A stretch of 64,000 nt of DNA from Azolla caroliniana. Its lineage: Eukaryota; Plantae; Polypodiophyta. The notes under the pieces were generated by a model. It worked only from the letters and a program-made list of their open reading frames with translations. It was not told the DNA's origin and ran no database searches. The translations under genes were made by a program, and so were the position numbers. The stretch spans positions 19,468,001-19,532,000 of the forward strand of contig JBHGNT010000008.1 of the NCBI GenBank assembly GCA_043228905.1. Direction: 5' to 3'. This document shows, piece after piece, positions 61,831 to 64,000 of this stretch; within the stretch, counting starts at the first letter, position 1; the number at the start of each line of letters is the position of its first letter.

Positions 61831-63082
61831 AGGATTATCTTGCTTGTTGTAGCAGGTCAATTGTACATAATATTGAACAGTATTCGACTTTTGTGTAGTG
61901 TGCGAAAATTTGACTTTCATGATTGAAAATCTTTCATAGAAAGTCCATTGGACATTTTTAGCAGATTGCTATTCTGATGTATATACATATATTGTGACTC
62001 AAAAAGTCCATTTGACATTTTTATTAGACTGCCATTTCAAATGTATATATATTAGTGGCATTGTCAACAGATGTGACAATGTTATGTTTAATTATTCATA
62101 GTGAAAATTCCACTTGCTTGGTTAAGGTGGTCTTTTATGCATGTAGGATAATAAGCTTTCAAGTAGCTAGCCAAAGCTATTGATTTATGATGTTATTAGA
62201 CTTAAACAAAAGAGTTTGCACACTTTTCATCAGCTACCATTAACGCATTTATCATCAGCCATAATTAATGCTTTTTATGGGTTGTGTCAATGGACATAAT
62301 CAATACCATCATTGCTGTCTAATAAAGATCAAGTCAAGTCACACCCTGTAGAATAATATGGCCATGAGATCTTTCATCCAGTATCTCAAGACTTTGAATA
62401 ATAGATCTTAGTCTTCTATTTGCCAGAATGAGTGATATATTCTTTAGAGATCTTAAAACTGTGTTGATCTCTTTTGGACCACTTTGCTAAGTGCCAAACA
62501 TCTAGTTAATTTTCTATTATAGAGAATGTGGATGTTAGCACAGATACATGAATCAAGAAGGTTTGAAAATGTATTGCTCTCATAAGCTTCTAGCAGTTTA
62601 TTACAATTTCTCTTTTTAGATGTGTGTATGGTTGGGTTAAATCTATATGTTGGTCTAATTTGATACAATGGTTGTGGACAATTTACCGGATCTCCTCGTA
62701 TGTATCAGGTTTAAATACTATAATGGCATAGCTCAGAACCATATGGAGTTTAAATCATCTTGAACTCTCTTGTTGCACACCCAAATTAGTTACATAAAAC
62801 TACACAAGGGACACAAAATTTTTAGTTTGACTAATGTGTTCTTATTAAAATTGTGTACAAAACATTTGAATGAATAAGACCAATTTTAACCGAGGTGAAG
62901 CAATGATTGAAAGTAGTGAGTAGAATAGAAATTGTATCATCCATGAAGAGGCCAAATTTGACCTATGGAATGAAATCAACATATCATCTTGTATGTGACT
63001 CCTTCCTAAGAAGGGAGGTTTTCATTGCATACCTTAGATATCTTCAAGTATCAATTTGGTTGCATTGATACTCAAACATATA

Positions 63083-63312
63083 ATAACTATTCCAACCTAC
63101 TTGAAGTCAAGACTCATAGCATACATTCCACCTATTTACCAATGGAACATTAATACCAAAATATTTGAAACTTGGCACCACTTGCATTAGTTCTCCAATA
63201 ACTATTCCAACCCACTTGCAGTCAAGACTCATAGGCATAGATTCCACCTATTTATCAATGGAACATTAATTACCAAGATATTTGAAACTTGGCACCACTT
63301 GCATTAGTTCTT
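63083..63312. repeat. ~114-bp tandem duplication
   Basis: AATAACTATTCCAACC..CTTGGCACCACTTGCATTAGTTCT occurs twice. Confidence 0.9.
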
Positions 63313-64000
63313 TGTATGTAAATGTGGGGTAGTGTCTTGGTTGTATTGCCTTTATTGCCACCATTTTTGTTTTGTCCGTGTTAATAGTTAGTCCACTAAT
63401 TTAATACAATGTGTCCAATACATTGAGTAAGTGTTGCATATCATCAAACAACATCAACGTCTAGGAGTATAAAAATAAGCTTATGCATCAATTTTGGACA
63501 ATCCAATCCTTCTTCAAGTTTATCAATGGATAAACCAAAGAACGTGGGAGAGAGATGGCACCATTGCTTAACCCCCATGTTGCTGAAAAAGTACTTCAAA
63601 CCATAGTATGAACCATGCATACATTCGCATCCGAGAAAGTTTTAATCATTCGAGTATGGTAAACACCCTCGAAGTATACTTTTGTATTCATTATTTATTA
63701 CAAGGTATTTTTTTTTTAAGGTAAGAAAGTTACGATAAAAAGTGAAAAAAAAACACAAGAATGTTTTGATAACATATGCATTCGTATGACAAAGAACGTT
63801 TGGCAATGCATTCCAGACTCCAGTATATTACGTACTAAGCTTCAAACCACTATCCATTTTCAATTAGCACGTAACTTGATCACACTATCATGTGATAGCT
63901 CCATATACTCATAATGGCATTCAAATCTGTATTATTCTTTTCCAAAGCTCACTCCTTTGTATGATGTCGAAGGACTTCTAAAGTCCAAAATATAGCGTTT

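Overview
Eukaryotic plant nuclear DNA, probably a fern or other non-seed vascular plant (inferred from the TE families, microsatellite density and gene types). The left half (1-31.5 kb) is a nested retrotransposon cluster with resolvable target-site duplications (TSDs). A Copia-family LTR on the minus strand is split at its (GA)n tract by two unrelated LINEs, one RTE/RTEX-like and one L1/Tx1-like. The RTE-like LINE is interrupted by an Athila-like Ty3/Gypsy element carrying a ~920-codon extra ORF. That Gypsy holds a solo LTR and a tandem, LTR-sharing Copia. A decayed Copia holds a 187-bp solo LTR and a very young, nearly intact Copia. The right half has three intron-containing genes that I could splice in frame by hand: a plant cryptochrome (minus), a divergent fructosamine-3-kinase-family gene (plus, 11 exons) and a papain-family cysteine protease (plus, 5 exons). 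It also has a hAT-MITE-derived 109-bp tandem array directly upstream of the cryptochrome, a related complete MITE, and a PPR pseudogene fragment. The most striking signals are the (TC)n landing pad used by two LINE clades, the RTEX-like LINE, the Gypsy extra ORF, the array next to CRY and the divergent FN3K paralog. All alignments and mismatch counts were done by eye.
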